43,486 nt of DNA from Catajapyx aquilonaris. Taxonomy: Eukaryota. Where the stretch lies: NCBI GenBank assembly GCA_000934665.2, contig JYFJ02003349.1, forward strand, positions 1 through 43,486. The letters run 5' to 3'. Shown here piece by piece: positions 34,748-43,486 of this stretch (position 1 is its first letter; each line of letters starts with the position of its first letter). Position numbers and translations under genes: made by a program. Below the pieces are notes generated by a model. It ran no database searches. It saw only the letters and a program-made list of their open reading frames with translations, and was not told the origin of the DNA.

Positions 34748-34983
34748 CTCATTGAAAACGTCCATGTTCTGCCTCTTCTTGTTCAGCAGGGCAATGTGAA
34801 CGTCCTGGATAACGTACATTTGCTCCTCACTGCATAGCTTTTGGAATGCTCTGTTTTCCATCCTCAAGCACTGCAAGCACATCCTGCTTAACTTCAGGGC
34901 TAAGTCCTCACATCCTGACTCACAGAGCATCTGCAAGCGCATGACTAGTAGGAGTGGGGTCTCCTCCAAGCATAGCTCTAATG
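34748..34983 (-). CDS. RLF/ZNF292/ZNF654 N-terminal-domain-like protein; internal exon
   Basis: cag|..LELCLEETPLLLVMRLQMLCESGCEDLALKLSRMCLQCL...MDVFNE|gtgtgt; resembles the recalled ZNF654 segment LSSENPLFFELRARYLIACERIPEAMALIKSC. Confidence 0.85.
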
Positions 34984-35046
34984 CTGCCGGATATGAGAAA
35001 ATACTTGTTAGGAACTAGCTACTTCAAACTGAGAATCTCAACAGAC

Positions 35047-35261
35047 AGTGCACGTCATCCAATCCATTGCCGGTGAGGACTTCTCTGAGCGTGTTCTTCC
35101 CCCAAGGATCCACCATCAATTCGGAGAGACGCTTACACTGGGAATTAGCTATGGGATGGGTGAAGGATTTAGCACATTGTTCCAGGTATTTCACAAAATG
35201 AGTTTTCACCACCGGATCAAAGTCTTGCCATTCACCACGCAGGACCACGGGGATCGTATCC
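35047..35261 (-). CDS. RLF/ZNF292/ZNF654 N-terminal-domain-like protein; internal exon
   Basis: ttttttgcag|(R)DTIPVVLRGEWQDF...LMVDPWGKNTLREVLTGNGLDDVH, with a PW..xL..VL motif. The donor position is uncertain (weak gtctgt). Confidence 0.8.
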
Positions 35262-35332
35262 CTGCAAAAAAACATTGAAAAATTGCATCATAATATGCAT
35301 CTAACATTTTAAAAAGTATCACATTAACTTAC

Positions 35333-35460
35333 CTATACAGTTTTCCTACATGGGCTGGGAAGTCCTTTTGGCTGTTACACTGGAAAGGCAGTGACAGCCA
35401 ATTACTGTGTGATGCACCCACCACGTTCCAATATTTCTTGTCCGGATCGTCCAAACAGTC
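35333..35460 (-). CDS. RLF/ZNF292/ZNF654 N-terminal-domain-like protein; internal exon
   Basis: cttttcctgctttcag|DCLDDPDKKYWNVVGASHSNWLSLPFQCNSQKDFPAHVGKLY ag|gtaagt; open frame; phase 2 matches the next exon. Confidence 0.8.
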
Positions 35461-35697
35461 CTGAAAGCAGGAAAAGTGGACAAAAAAGTGTCAACTTGTA
35501 AAAAACATACATGATTCAGACAGATTTATATTCACATAAACCCAAAAGCAATCCACCATCAATATCGAAGAGAGCATCTGTAACATTGCCACAATACAGT
35601 AAGTAGTAAGTAAGTATGTTTATTCCCTTTTGGAGTTACATGACTCAGTATTTTGGAAGGAGTCCATACAAAATTACATAAATCAGCTTCACCATTA

Positions 35698-35870
35698 CCA
35701 TTGGCACAGATTATTGGTGCGAATATTGTCAACTGTGATTGTTGAGAAATAAACAACGATTTCAGCTTGTATCTGTGGCCAGTCGACACCTCAATTGCCA
35801 GACTGAAATCGTTGTTTATTTCTCAACAATCACAGTTGACAATATTCGCAACAATAATCAGTGCCAATGG
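35698..35870. repeat. Hairpin with about 70-bp near-perfect arms
   Basis: CCATTGGCACAGATTATTGGTGCGAATATTGTCAACTGTGATTGTTGAGAAATAAACAACGATTTCAG and its reverse complement. Confidence 0.88.
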
Positions 35871-36208
35871 CAACAGCCACAACAACATGTATGATGACGC
35901 AATGGGGCCCTCAAGGCAGATGTGACGTCATGAAACTCCTAAAATCTTAAAGGCGTCGTACGCAAAAACTATGCAAGTTAGCCCAAAACTACTTCCACAT
36001 CCCTATATTAGTTTTGCAAGTCCTATCAGGCTACGTGGCCACTTTCCGCGAGTTTTTGAGCACCCTGTATGCATTTTGTCTTTTTCCAAGAGGTAATAAG
36101 TACACATTATGCAAATCTCTATTAACAGGACCGCCTGTACCAGTACTATCAGTAATAACATTGGCAAAGCAAAATAACAAAATTTAAAATAGGATTCATT
36201 GATTAGGC

Positions 36209-36486
36209 CAGTGGTTTTCAACCTTTTACCAACTGCGACCCCCTAAACAAATTTCCCTAAATGTGCGACCCCCTAAACAAATTTCCCTAAATGTGCGACC
36301 CCCCCCCCCNGTTTCCATAAACGTGCGACCCCCCCCCCCAGCCCCTTCTACAACTGCCCAATTTCCTGAAAACACACTCTGTACGGCCGCAAAAATGGTT
36401 CAATTTACACAGAAATTGCAAAGAAAATAATAATAATAATAACAAAGGCTTACGACCCCCCGCGACCCCCAGGTTGGAAACCCCTG
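36209..36486. mobile_element. hAT Buster-type MITE
   Basis: CAGTGGTTTTCAACCT...AGGTTGGAAACCCCTG; perfect TSD GATTAGGC; GCGACCCC subterminal repeats. Confidence 0.9.
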
Positions 36487-36670
36487 GATTAGGCCCTATG
36501 CTAAAATTAAGAAAATAATATTACATCACAAACATAACATCATTTAATATTTTGTAGTGCCCCACAATGACAACCTCAGAGACTGACAACATCAATAAAC
36601 GCAGTGACCAGTCAACCATCAACAGCCAGTTGCCTGGTCACTAGCTACAATTTTCATGATTTTGTTATAT

Positions 36671-36898
36671 GGAAGGTGTTATGCAATAATGTGTCAACCC
36701 ACAAAACTGTCAAAATTGAGTTAAGCCCAGGAACAATCATATACCCAAAGGATCGTACTTAATTAAGTTAAAATCTGCATACCTCTGCCATAAATGACCA
36801 AAAAGGACACTGAATTAATTTCACAGGTGTGATCTTCAAAGCCCTTTTCCTCAAAACTAGTCTCGTGGGGGTTGACTCATTATTGCATAACACCATCC
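36671..36898. mobile_element. Sola1-type MITE (ATAT TSD)
   Basis: Inverted homolog of 25344-25811 without the Buster insertion; ATAT flanks. Confidence 0.85.
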
Positions 36899-36949
36899 AT
36901 ATCATACAGACTGTTATCACAACAACTCCCTACAACACATGTCATAGTA

Positions 36950-37436
36950 CAGTGTTGGACAGCCCCCGGACACTACCTCTACGTTCTTATCTTATCGCCT
37001 GCCGGGGCGTTTTGCAGGAGGGGCTCACCTGAGAACGCCATGAGACCTCTCACTGCACTGTTATGTGGCGACCCTACCGGACTACGCTGAACTTTATAGG
37101 TACGAAAGGGAAGTGCTTCCCTTTTGTACCTATAATAAAGTTCAGCGTAGTCCGGTAGGGTCGCCACATAACAGTGCAGTGAGAGGTCTCATGGCGTTCT
37201 CAGGTGAGCCCCTCCTGCAAAATGCCCCGGCAGAGGGTAGGTGGGAGTGTCCAGACCTAAGTATTCCATGACCATGGTGTTGGACATAAATCGAAGCATA
37301 CTGCCAGCGACATTTTCCGAAGCAGCAGAAAAAGGACTCTTGCTCACCCGACTTGAAGTATCCTTATCGTCAATTCCTTCTTCTGCCGCTTCGGAAAATG
37401 TCGCTAGTAATATGCCTCAATTTATGTCCAACACTG
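36950..37436. mobile_element. Tc1/mariner-type MITE whose left TIR is interrupted by palindromic element copy 2
   Basis: TA|CAGTGTTGGA[insertion]CATAAATCGAAGCATA...TATGCCTCAATTTATGTCCAACACTG|TA. Confidence 0.85.
36960..37276. mobile_element. Palindromic asymmetric-ended element, copy 2 (central deletion)
   Basis: TSD GTGTTGGA (36952-36959, 37277-37284); near-perfect hairpin centred near 37114. Confidence 0.9.
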
Positions 37437-37690
37437 TACTTCCACGCAAAATGTTACCATATTGCAATCTTGACCCACAAAGCCAAGTGTAAATCACTGC
37501 ATGCACATACCTCCACAGTGTAAACAAACAGACTGCACCTGCATATCTAAATTATCTGTACATGCTCCAGATGCACAAAATTCAAAAGCATCTTCACACA
37601 GACATGCAAATAAACATTTTACAGTCAATTTTCATAACAACCATTGCAATAGGACTGGTACACAGAGACAATCTCAGGGATAGTCCAAAC

Positions 37691-38066
37691 CAGCCCACGG
37701 ACACTACCCCTATCTTCTGGGCTTATCACCTGCCGAGGGGTTTTGCAGCGGGTGCTCACCTGAGACCGCCACGAGACATTTCCCAGAGCATTTATGTGGC
37801 GACCCTATCGGACTAAGGCTGAACTTTACAGGTACGAAAGGGGAGGGCTACATTGGGGGCCCCAACATGGCCGCCGGCGGCCATGTTGGGCCAGCATGTA
37901 GCGCTTCCCTTTCGTACTACCTATAAAGTTCAGCCTTAGTCCGGTAGGGTCGCCACATAAATGCTCTGGGAAATGTCTCGTGGCGGTCTCAGGTGAGCAC
38001 CCACTGCAAAACCCCTCGGCAGGGGGTGGGTGGGGAGTGACCTAACCTGAGTCTTCTACAACCATG
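37691..38066. mobile_element. Palindromic asymmetric-ended element, copy 3
   Basis: TSD GTCCAAAC (37683-37690, 38067-38074); central perfect 30-bp palindrome CCCAACATGGCCGCCGGCGGCCATGTTGGG. Confidence 0.9.
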
Positions 38067-38089
38067 GTCCAAACACACTGCAGGCTTAC

Positions 38090-38249
38090 CTGGATTGTTT
38101 CCTGACCACCACTGTAATCGAATATAGACATATAAAGCGAATCACAGGCTTTTTTACACTTACTATAAGGGTCATTCAAATTAAAACAACACAAGGTCAT
38201 AGCAAATTGAAGGGTTTGGTACAAAGACCAGATAAGTCCACTTTTGTTA
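38090..38249 (-). CDS. Candidate upstream exon of the RLF/ZNF654-like gene
   Basis: Pyrimidine tract plus aag|, open frame NKSGLIWSLYQTLQFAMTLCCF...GQETIQ|gtaagc; phase 0 fits the next exon. Confidence 0.45.
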
Positions 38250-38946
38250 CTTTCGAGAAAACAAAGAAAACTGAATTACCTGCTAATTTTTTTAAATGTT
38301 TCTAATTATAATTTTTTTCTTTAATAGGGGGATACTGAAGTCTGTAGTGAACTGTAGTGCAAAGCACACTTCCTTGTGGGTGTATAGATAGAGGTGTCAC
38401 CATTGCTGAGTAAGCCATAGTCTTTTGCAACATTTCGTTAGTCTTGCGAAACCTTTTATGTAACATGTTAAACTATTTTTCATGCGTCATCGTATGATGC
38501 AAAGGTACCCTTCAATTTGACCGTATCGTCGTTAAATACGAAATGCGTCATCTAATGTAGAGCTACTAATGACGCATTTCAGCACATTAAAACGAACCGT
38601 ATCTAATTGAAATGGTATCGGTAGTGTCAGGTGTCCCAATGTACGTCAATAGGCATCTGCGTGCGTCATTGGAAACCGTCATAAAGTAGTTAACACGTGG
38701 AAGTTAAGTATAAAAGACCAAGTTTGGGCTGTCTTAGCAGCAGAGATCCTCCAAGGCACACCATGGCCAAACTCAGCACTTGGCAACATTCTCCCTCTCA
38801 CAGGACGTCCACGCCACGTAAGTTTACAACAAGTGTCCTTAGTACTCAAACAGTGTTAAACACTTATGCTTTTCAATAACGATTGTTAGCAAGCACATTT
38901 TTAGTGCTCATTTATTCCTTGAATAAATATCAGTTGTTATTCTTAC

Positions 38947-39002
38947 CTGTATACATTTCATTCTCACCCTGCTCCACAGAATAACTTTAAAGTCGACTGA
39001 AC
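38947..39002 (-). CDS. Candidate upstream exon of the RLF/ZNF654-like gene
   Basis: tag|..SVDFKVILWSRVRMKCIQ|gtaaga; phase 0 fits the exon at 35460. It may be partly UTR with start MKCIQ. Confidence 0.4.
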
Positions 39003-39305
39003 CTACCATTAAATAAATAAATAATGTCGATGACAGAGGAACTCAAAGAAAAGTTACAGCCTTTTTTTTTTTTTCCAGATATCCTCAAATGAGAACATTA
39101 GGTATCTAGAGGCTCTTAGTGGAGGGCATGACAGGTCTGATTTTTGAACCCAAAAAATGCAGAATGGTCCCAAGATGTCAGAAACACCCATAACTCATTT
39201 TCGGCTAAATGTGGACTTAACCTGTTTTTGCACCAAACCTTTCAATTGCTGAATGAGGGTCTTGTGGCATATTCTCCACAAAACAAAGGTGGTACCAATA
39301 ATGCA

Positions 39306-39875
39306 CGAGGGCGAATCAAAAAGTAATTGACCACTTTTTAAATTCCGAATCTTCACAACAGAAACTGAAACCAAGACATACATATGAAAGGGCAAGTCTT
39401 TCTCTAATTTTAGACATAGTCACCATACACTTTGGTGCACTAGTCCCACTGGGACACTAGTTTTTCCATCATGCACCTGCAGAAAAAAGGGTCAGGATGG
39501 CTGGGAAGCTACTGGCGACAGCCTCTGTCACGTCCTCGTTATCACTGAAGTGCTGACTGGCCAGGTGCTTCTTTCATTGGTACCAAATGATGGTCTTAAC
39601 CACCATCTCTTTGAACCAAAAAAGAAGTACTGGCTTGTCATGACCTCAGCGACTCGAGGAAATGTCTGGAAAGCCAGTGGCGGATGGTCTCTTTCATTTC
39701 CTTGATGTTGCTGAGGTCTTGACAAGCCAGTACTTCTTTTTTGGTTCAAAGAGATGGTAGACTATGGTTAAGACCCTCATTTGGTACCAATGAAAGAAGC
39801 ACCTGGCCAGTCAGCACTTCAGTGACAACGAGGACATGACAGAGGCCGTCTCCACTCGCTTCCCAGCCATCCTGA
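39306..39875 (-). mobile_element. Mariner 3' end with foldback inversion of the transposase remnant
   Basis: TIR CGAGGGCGAATCAAAAAGT; - strand reads LASQHFSDNEDVTEAV..PFFC..MEKLVSQWD*CTKVYGDYV; 39492-39665 is inverted at about 39694-39875. Confidence 0.8.
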
Positions 39876-40269
39876 TGTGGTACCAAATATTTTTCTAAAT
39901 CCTCTGATTGGAACAATACGCGTCACGGAAACATGATTCGTATTACTTCTGAACGACTTTGGTCCTTTCAGGAGCACAAAAAAATACTCCTCAAAAAACC
40001 AAACATGCCTCTGAAGGAATAGGCCCAAAAAGTCCCGAAATTACTGCAAAAAGTTCAAAAACTATCCCAAAAAAGACCAAATAGGCATGAAAAGTCGCAA
40101 AAAGGCATAATAGGCAAAATAGTTCCCAAAACCACGAAATAGGCCATTTTAGGCACTATAAAACCTACAGTTTCCACATCCTGCACTTATGAAACGGATA
40201 GATCTCTTCACAAAACCATCCCAACTGTTAAGGAACTAAATAGGCATTTGCCTAAAAATCTGGACTCTA

Positions 40270-40780
40270 ATTATGACACACTGACACTGGCCATTCGATC
40301 ACTCGACACAGTGGCAGTGTGCCTTTGTTCAGGACCCCTCATCAAAAAGATCATCCAGTCCAATATGGAATTAATGAATATACGTTGATTAGCTTGCTGC
40401 AATCCGTTTTTGAATCATGGAAGGTGTCGGCAGTACTGAAATCCATCCACTGCATGTCTTTGTCATGTGTTAGAGCCTGGAATAAGCAGTTTGCATTCCA
40501 TGGCCTGGAATCACCGCACCGGTCAATGACAACCACCCCTCTTGGAACCGCTTACTCCAGGCTTTAACATGTGACTGAGGCATGCAGTAGATGGATTTCT
40601 GTACAGCCAACACCTTCCACAATTCAAAAATGGGTTGCAGCAAGCTCATCAAATTCGTTGTTTCCATATTGGACTGGATGGTCTTTTTCATTGGGGGGGG
40701 GGGGNGGGGGGGGGGGGTCCTGAACAAAGACACACTGCCACTATGTCCAGTGATTAAATGGCCAACTGTCAGTATCATAA
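40270..40780. repeat. Long foldback element with about 230-bp arms
   Basis: TGGCCATTCGATCACTCGACACAGTGGCAGTGTGCCTTTGTTCAGGACCCC... / ...GGGGTCCTGAACAAAGACACACTGCCACTATGTCCAGTGATTAAATGGCCA. Confidence 0.85.
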
Positions 40781-40784
40781 TACT

Positions 40785-40970
40785 ACGAGGGCGAATCAAA
40801 AAGTAATTGACCACTTTTTAAATTCCGAATCTTCACAACAGAAACTGAAACTAAGACATACATATGAAAGGGCAAGTCTTTCTCTAATTTTAGACATAGT
40901 CACCATACACTTTGGTGCACTAGTCCCACTGGGACACTAGTTTTTCCAATCACCTGCAGAAAAAAGGGTC
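40785..40970 (-). mobile_element. Second, near-identical mariner 3' end fragment
   Basis: TA|CGAGGGCGAATCAAAAAG...; direct repeat of 39306-39492. Confidence 0.85.
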
Positions 40971-41490
40971 CATTGTGCAAGTGGAAGCTGGCTATAAGCG
41001 CTAGATTCCAGAGCAAGTGATACTTGCTTGCACTTTGTCTTTTGCCCAAGTTTCGTGATTTCCTGTCAGTTTATCGTTGTTATTCGGTTTTTGCTAGGTT
41101 TGTGACTTTATGTTACTATACTTTACTATAGCCTACTGTGCTTTAGGCCTATAAAATTATTCTAGCTTTTTTTTATTTTCCTCCATACGCCCAAAAAAGT
41201 AAAAATTTTGTGCCTATTTGAGGTTTTTCGTGCCTATTTCGGGGTTTATCGTGCCTAAAAATCCGGACTCTAGTCATAACACTAGTATCCGGAGCTTTCG
41301 TCCCCGCAGTTTCGCCCCCGGAATATTCGCCCCATTTACATATGCCACTCGGAGAGACACACGCCCCAGCTCTCGACTAGAGTAGTCGTCTGTTTTTCCG
41401 CTCCGTAATCCAGTGAAATCGGGTGGTTTTCCCCATATCCCTCAACGACATTTGGTCTTGGCGAACAATACCTTAGATGCTTAGAACAAG

Positions 41491-41977
41491 ATGGCCACGC
41501 TGACCGCAGCCGAACTCATAATGCCCTAGAGTCACTCAAGAAGGACCTAAGGTCGGAAATTGGACAAGATCAGGCAAAGTGCTCAACTGAACTCTCCGAA
41601 AAATGGGAGGCCAGTCTAGCCCCCAAGAACGAATTCACCACGGACCGCAAGGTAATCAAGGAACTAAAGGAAGAAAATTAACATCTCCCCGAAGAAGTCG
41701 ATTACCTAAACAACAGAGCAATACAACTAGAAAAGCACTCCAGGCTGTCCAACCTAGTCTTCTACGGTGTAACCGATGTTCAAGGTGAAACTTGGGAAGA
41801 CTCTGAGCACAAAGTAGCTAGCCTACGTAAAGTGATTGGTGATTTTGGCCTTCACCCTTCCCCGGACATTGTCGAGTTTCAACGAGTACATCGCCTGGGT
41901 CAAAGGGTTGGGAGCAGAGCGACTACTGCTATGTTTCTGAGATATAAAGATAAAAATGAGATCCTGCACAACGCACG
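41491..41977 (+). pseudogene. Non-LTR retrotransposon ORF1 remnant (coiled coil plus RRM, L1/L2/CR1-type)
   Basis: IKELKEEN*HLPEEVDYLNNR..NLVFYGVTDVQGETWEDSEHKV..EFQRVHRLG..AMFLRYKDKNEILHNAR; stops and frameshifts. Confidence 0.8.
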
Positions 41978-42238
41978 TCAGAGGTTCCAGCCTCAGCATC
42001 AGCGAGGATCAGTATCCGCTTATATCCCCCTCGATTTGCCCCCGTGCCGATGCCATCCACCCCCCAGTGTCATCTGCCTCACCTTCTTGTTGACTGGGTG
42101 AGAAGCTCTTTCTGCACACGAGGGCATGACTTGCGCACACGGATGGTACCCAGTACTCGAGACAAACGACGGAAAGGAGTGAGATGTCTGACGGACACAC
42201 AGACACACCGTGGGGCCCACACACACACACACACACAC

Positions 42239-42504
42239 CCATGTTATAAAGTGCTATCCTTGTGAGGGTCTGGCAAAAATAAAAATTTAAAACTAACCTA
42301 ACCTAACCTAACCTACAAAATACACACGAAATTTTGGTGACCTATTTTTTCACAGTAAAAAGGAGGTCTTGGTTTGATTTTCCGCCATCCTTGTGAGGAC
42401 TGTGTACGTTATGAGGGCCTGAAAAAAGTCCTCGTAAGGTTTTCGGTCCTCACAAGGATAGGAAACTTGCGAAAAATATCCTCACAAGGATAGCAATGTC
42501 TGAC
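42239..42504. mobile_element. (CA)n-flanked element with subterminal inverted repeats and internal (AACCT)n
   Basis: TGCTATCCTTGTGAGG / CCTCACAAGGATAGCA; CA tracts on both sides. Confidence 0.75.
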
Positions 42505-42515
42505 CACACACACAC

Positions 42516-42851
42516 TCTTGTCTTGACTAAGGCGTGGGGACGGACATTGATCACTTTTCACTGCGAGTGTAAACTGACCTAACCTAACCTAACCTAACCT
42601 AACCTACCCTACCCTACCTAACCTACCCTACCCTAAGTAACCTAGGCTGAGAAAAATTGACTTTTGTGAAACCCTACAAATGAAAATAGTGGGGGCATGT
42701 CCCCACTAATTTACACATGTCCCCACTGTAATGGTACACTTCGCGTGTGTGAGACTGTGGGGACCGACAAATGTCCCCACAATTGGAACTGGTCCCCACA
42801 GCTACAGTAAAACCACAGACTTCCGTCCCCAGACCTTTGTCAAGACCTGAT
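42516..42851. mobile_element. Second (CA)n-flanked element with the same architecture
   Basis: GTCTTGACTAAGGCGTGGGGACGGA / TCCGTCCCCAGACCTTTGTCAAGAC; GTGGGGAC/GTCCCCAC repeats; internal (AACCT/ACCCT)n. Confidence 0.75.
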
Positions 42852-43204
42852 CACACACACACACACACACACAAACGCACTAGGATTAGACGACCGTTAC
42901 AGCAGGAAACCGGATGTGCACACTTGGCAACGGTGTCAGGCCACGTGTGGGGAAATTAGGGGGCACGGGCGCACGGCAGCAGTGCCCCCGCCAAGTTCTC
43001 GCCGCACTGCCGGACCACCTTTACCCGACACAACTCACGTCATTTTGATCCCCTCGAATCTTCGCACTGGTGAACATAGGTGGCTTCAAAAATTTTATTT
43101 GGGTAGATAAAAATCGATTAAAAATAATGCCCCCTTACTTCCATGTTCACATCTCTTTTCATTTCCGACTTAAAAAATCCTAAAAACTCCCGAAACGGCC
43201 AAAA

Positions 43205-43350
43205 AATGACACTCACTGACTGACTCACTGATCATTAAAATTATACGGCACTTCCAGTGGTCCTAGGATGCTGAAATTTGGTATGCTGGTAGAGCTTGTC
43301 AAACAAACATCAGAATAAATCTGAAAACGGCACTTTTTCGAGTCAAAATG
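43205..43350 (+). mobile_element. Helitron-like fragment
   Basis: CTCACTGACTGACTCACTGATCAT..CACTTCC..CTGAAATTTGGTATG, recalled as typical of insect non-autonomous Helitron 5' regions. Confidence 0.45.
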
Positions 43351-43486
43351 CTTTTTAAAAAAATATTTTCACGAAGTCTGCTGCTGCTGACCAGATGCGG
43401 CATTTTTACCACGGATTACTTTTTACTTTGAAATTCCAGTTATGCTGGTGCTCCTCCTGCCTTCCCCACGTTCTCAGTTCTCATCT

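Noticed and set aside
42290..42645. Telomere or interstitial telomeric (TTAGG)n array
   Set aside because: The runs are short and lie at equivalent positions inside two mobile elements.

Overview
Eukaryotic genomic DNA, probably from an arthropod (spliceosomal introns, invertebrate-type SINEs, Helitron-like elements and MITEs). It holds three host genes. (1) A complete 3-exon pen-2 gene (gamma-secretase subunit, 101 aa, + strand, 3148-3586). (2) A complete 3-exon mitochondrial endonuclease G gene (about 321 aa, - strand, 14998-3717), whose last exon lies beyond an 8.4 kb intron and ends 130 bp from the pen-2 stop. (3) A multi-exon gene for a protein resembling the RLF/ZNF292/ZNF654 N-terminal helical domain (- strand, about 39000-19741), which as assembled has no zinc fingers and ends in a Gly/Lys tandem repeat. 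The introns and intergenic DNA are filled with often nested transposon relics: mariner, hAT/Buster, Sola1, piggyBac-like, Harbinger-like, Helitron-like, gypsy, LINE ORF1 and two tRNA-SINE families. The most unusual items are a three-copy family of palindromic elements with 8-bp TSDs, non-matching termini and copy-specific variants mirrored in both arms; three cases of different elements stacked at one target site; and a covarying 3' stem-loop shared by different SINE bodies. All coordinates were read by eye, and family names come from recalled motifs, not from database searches.
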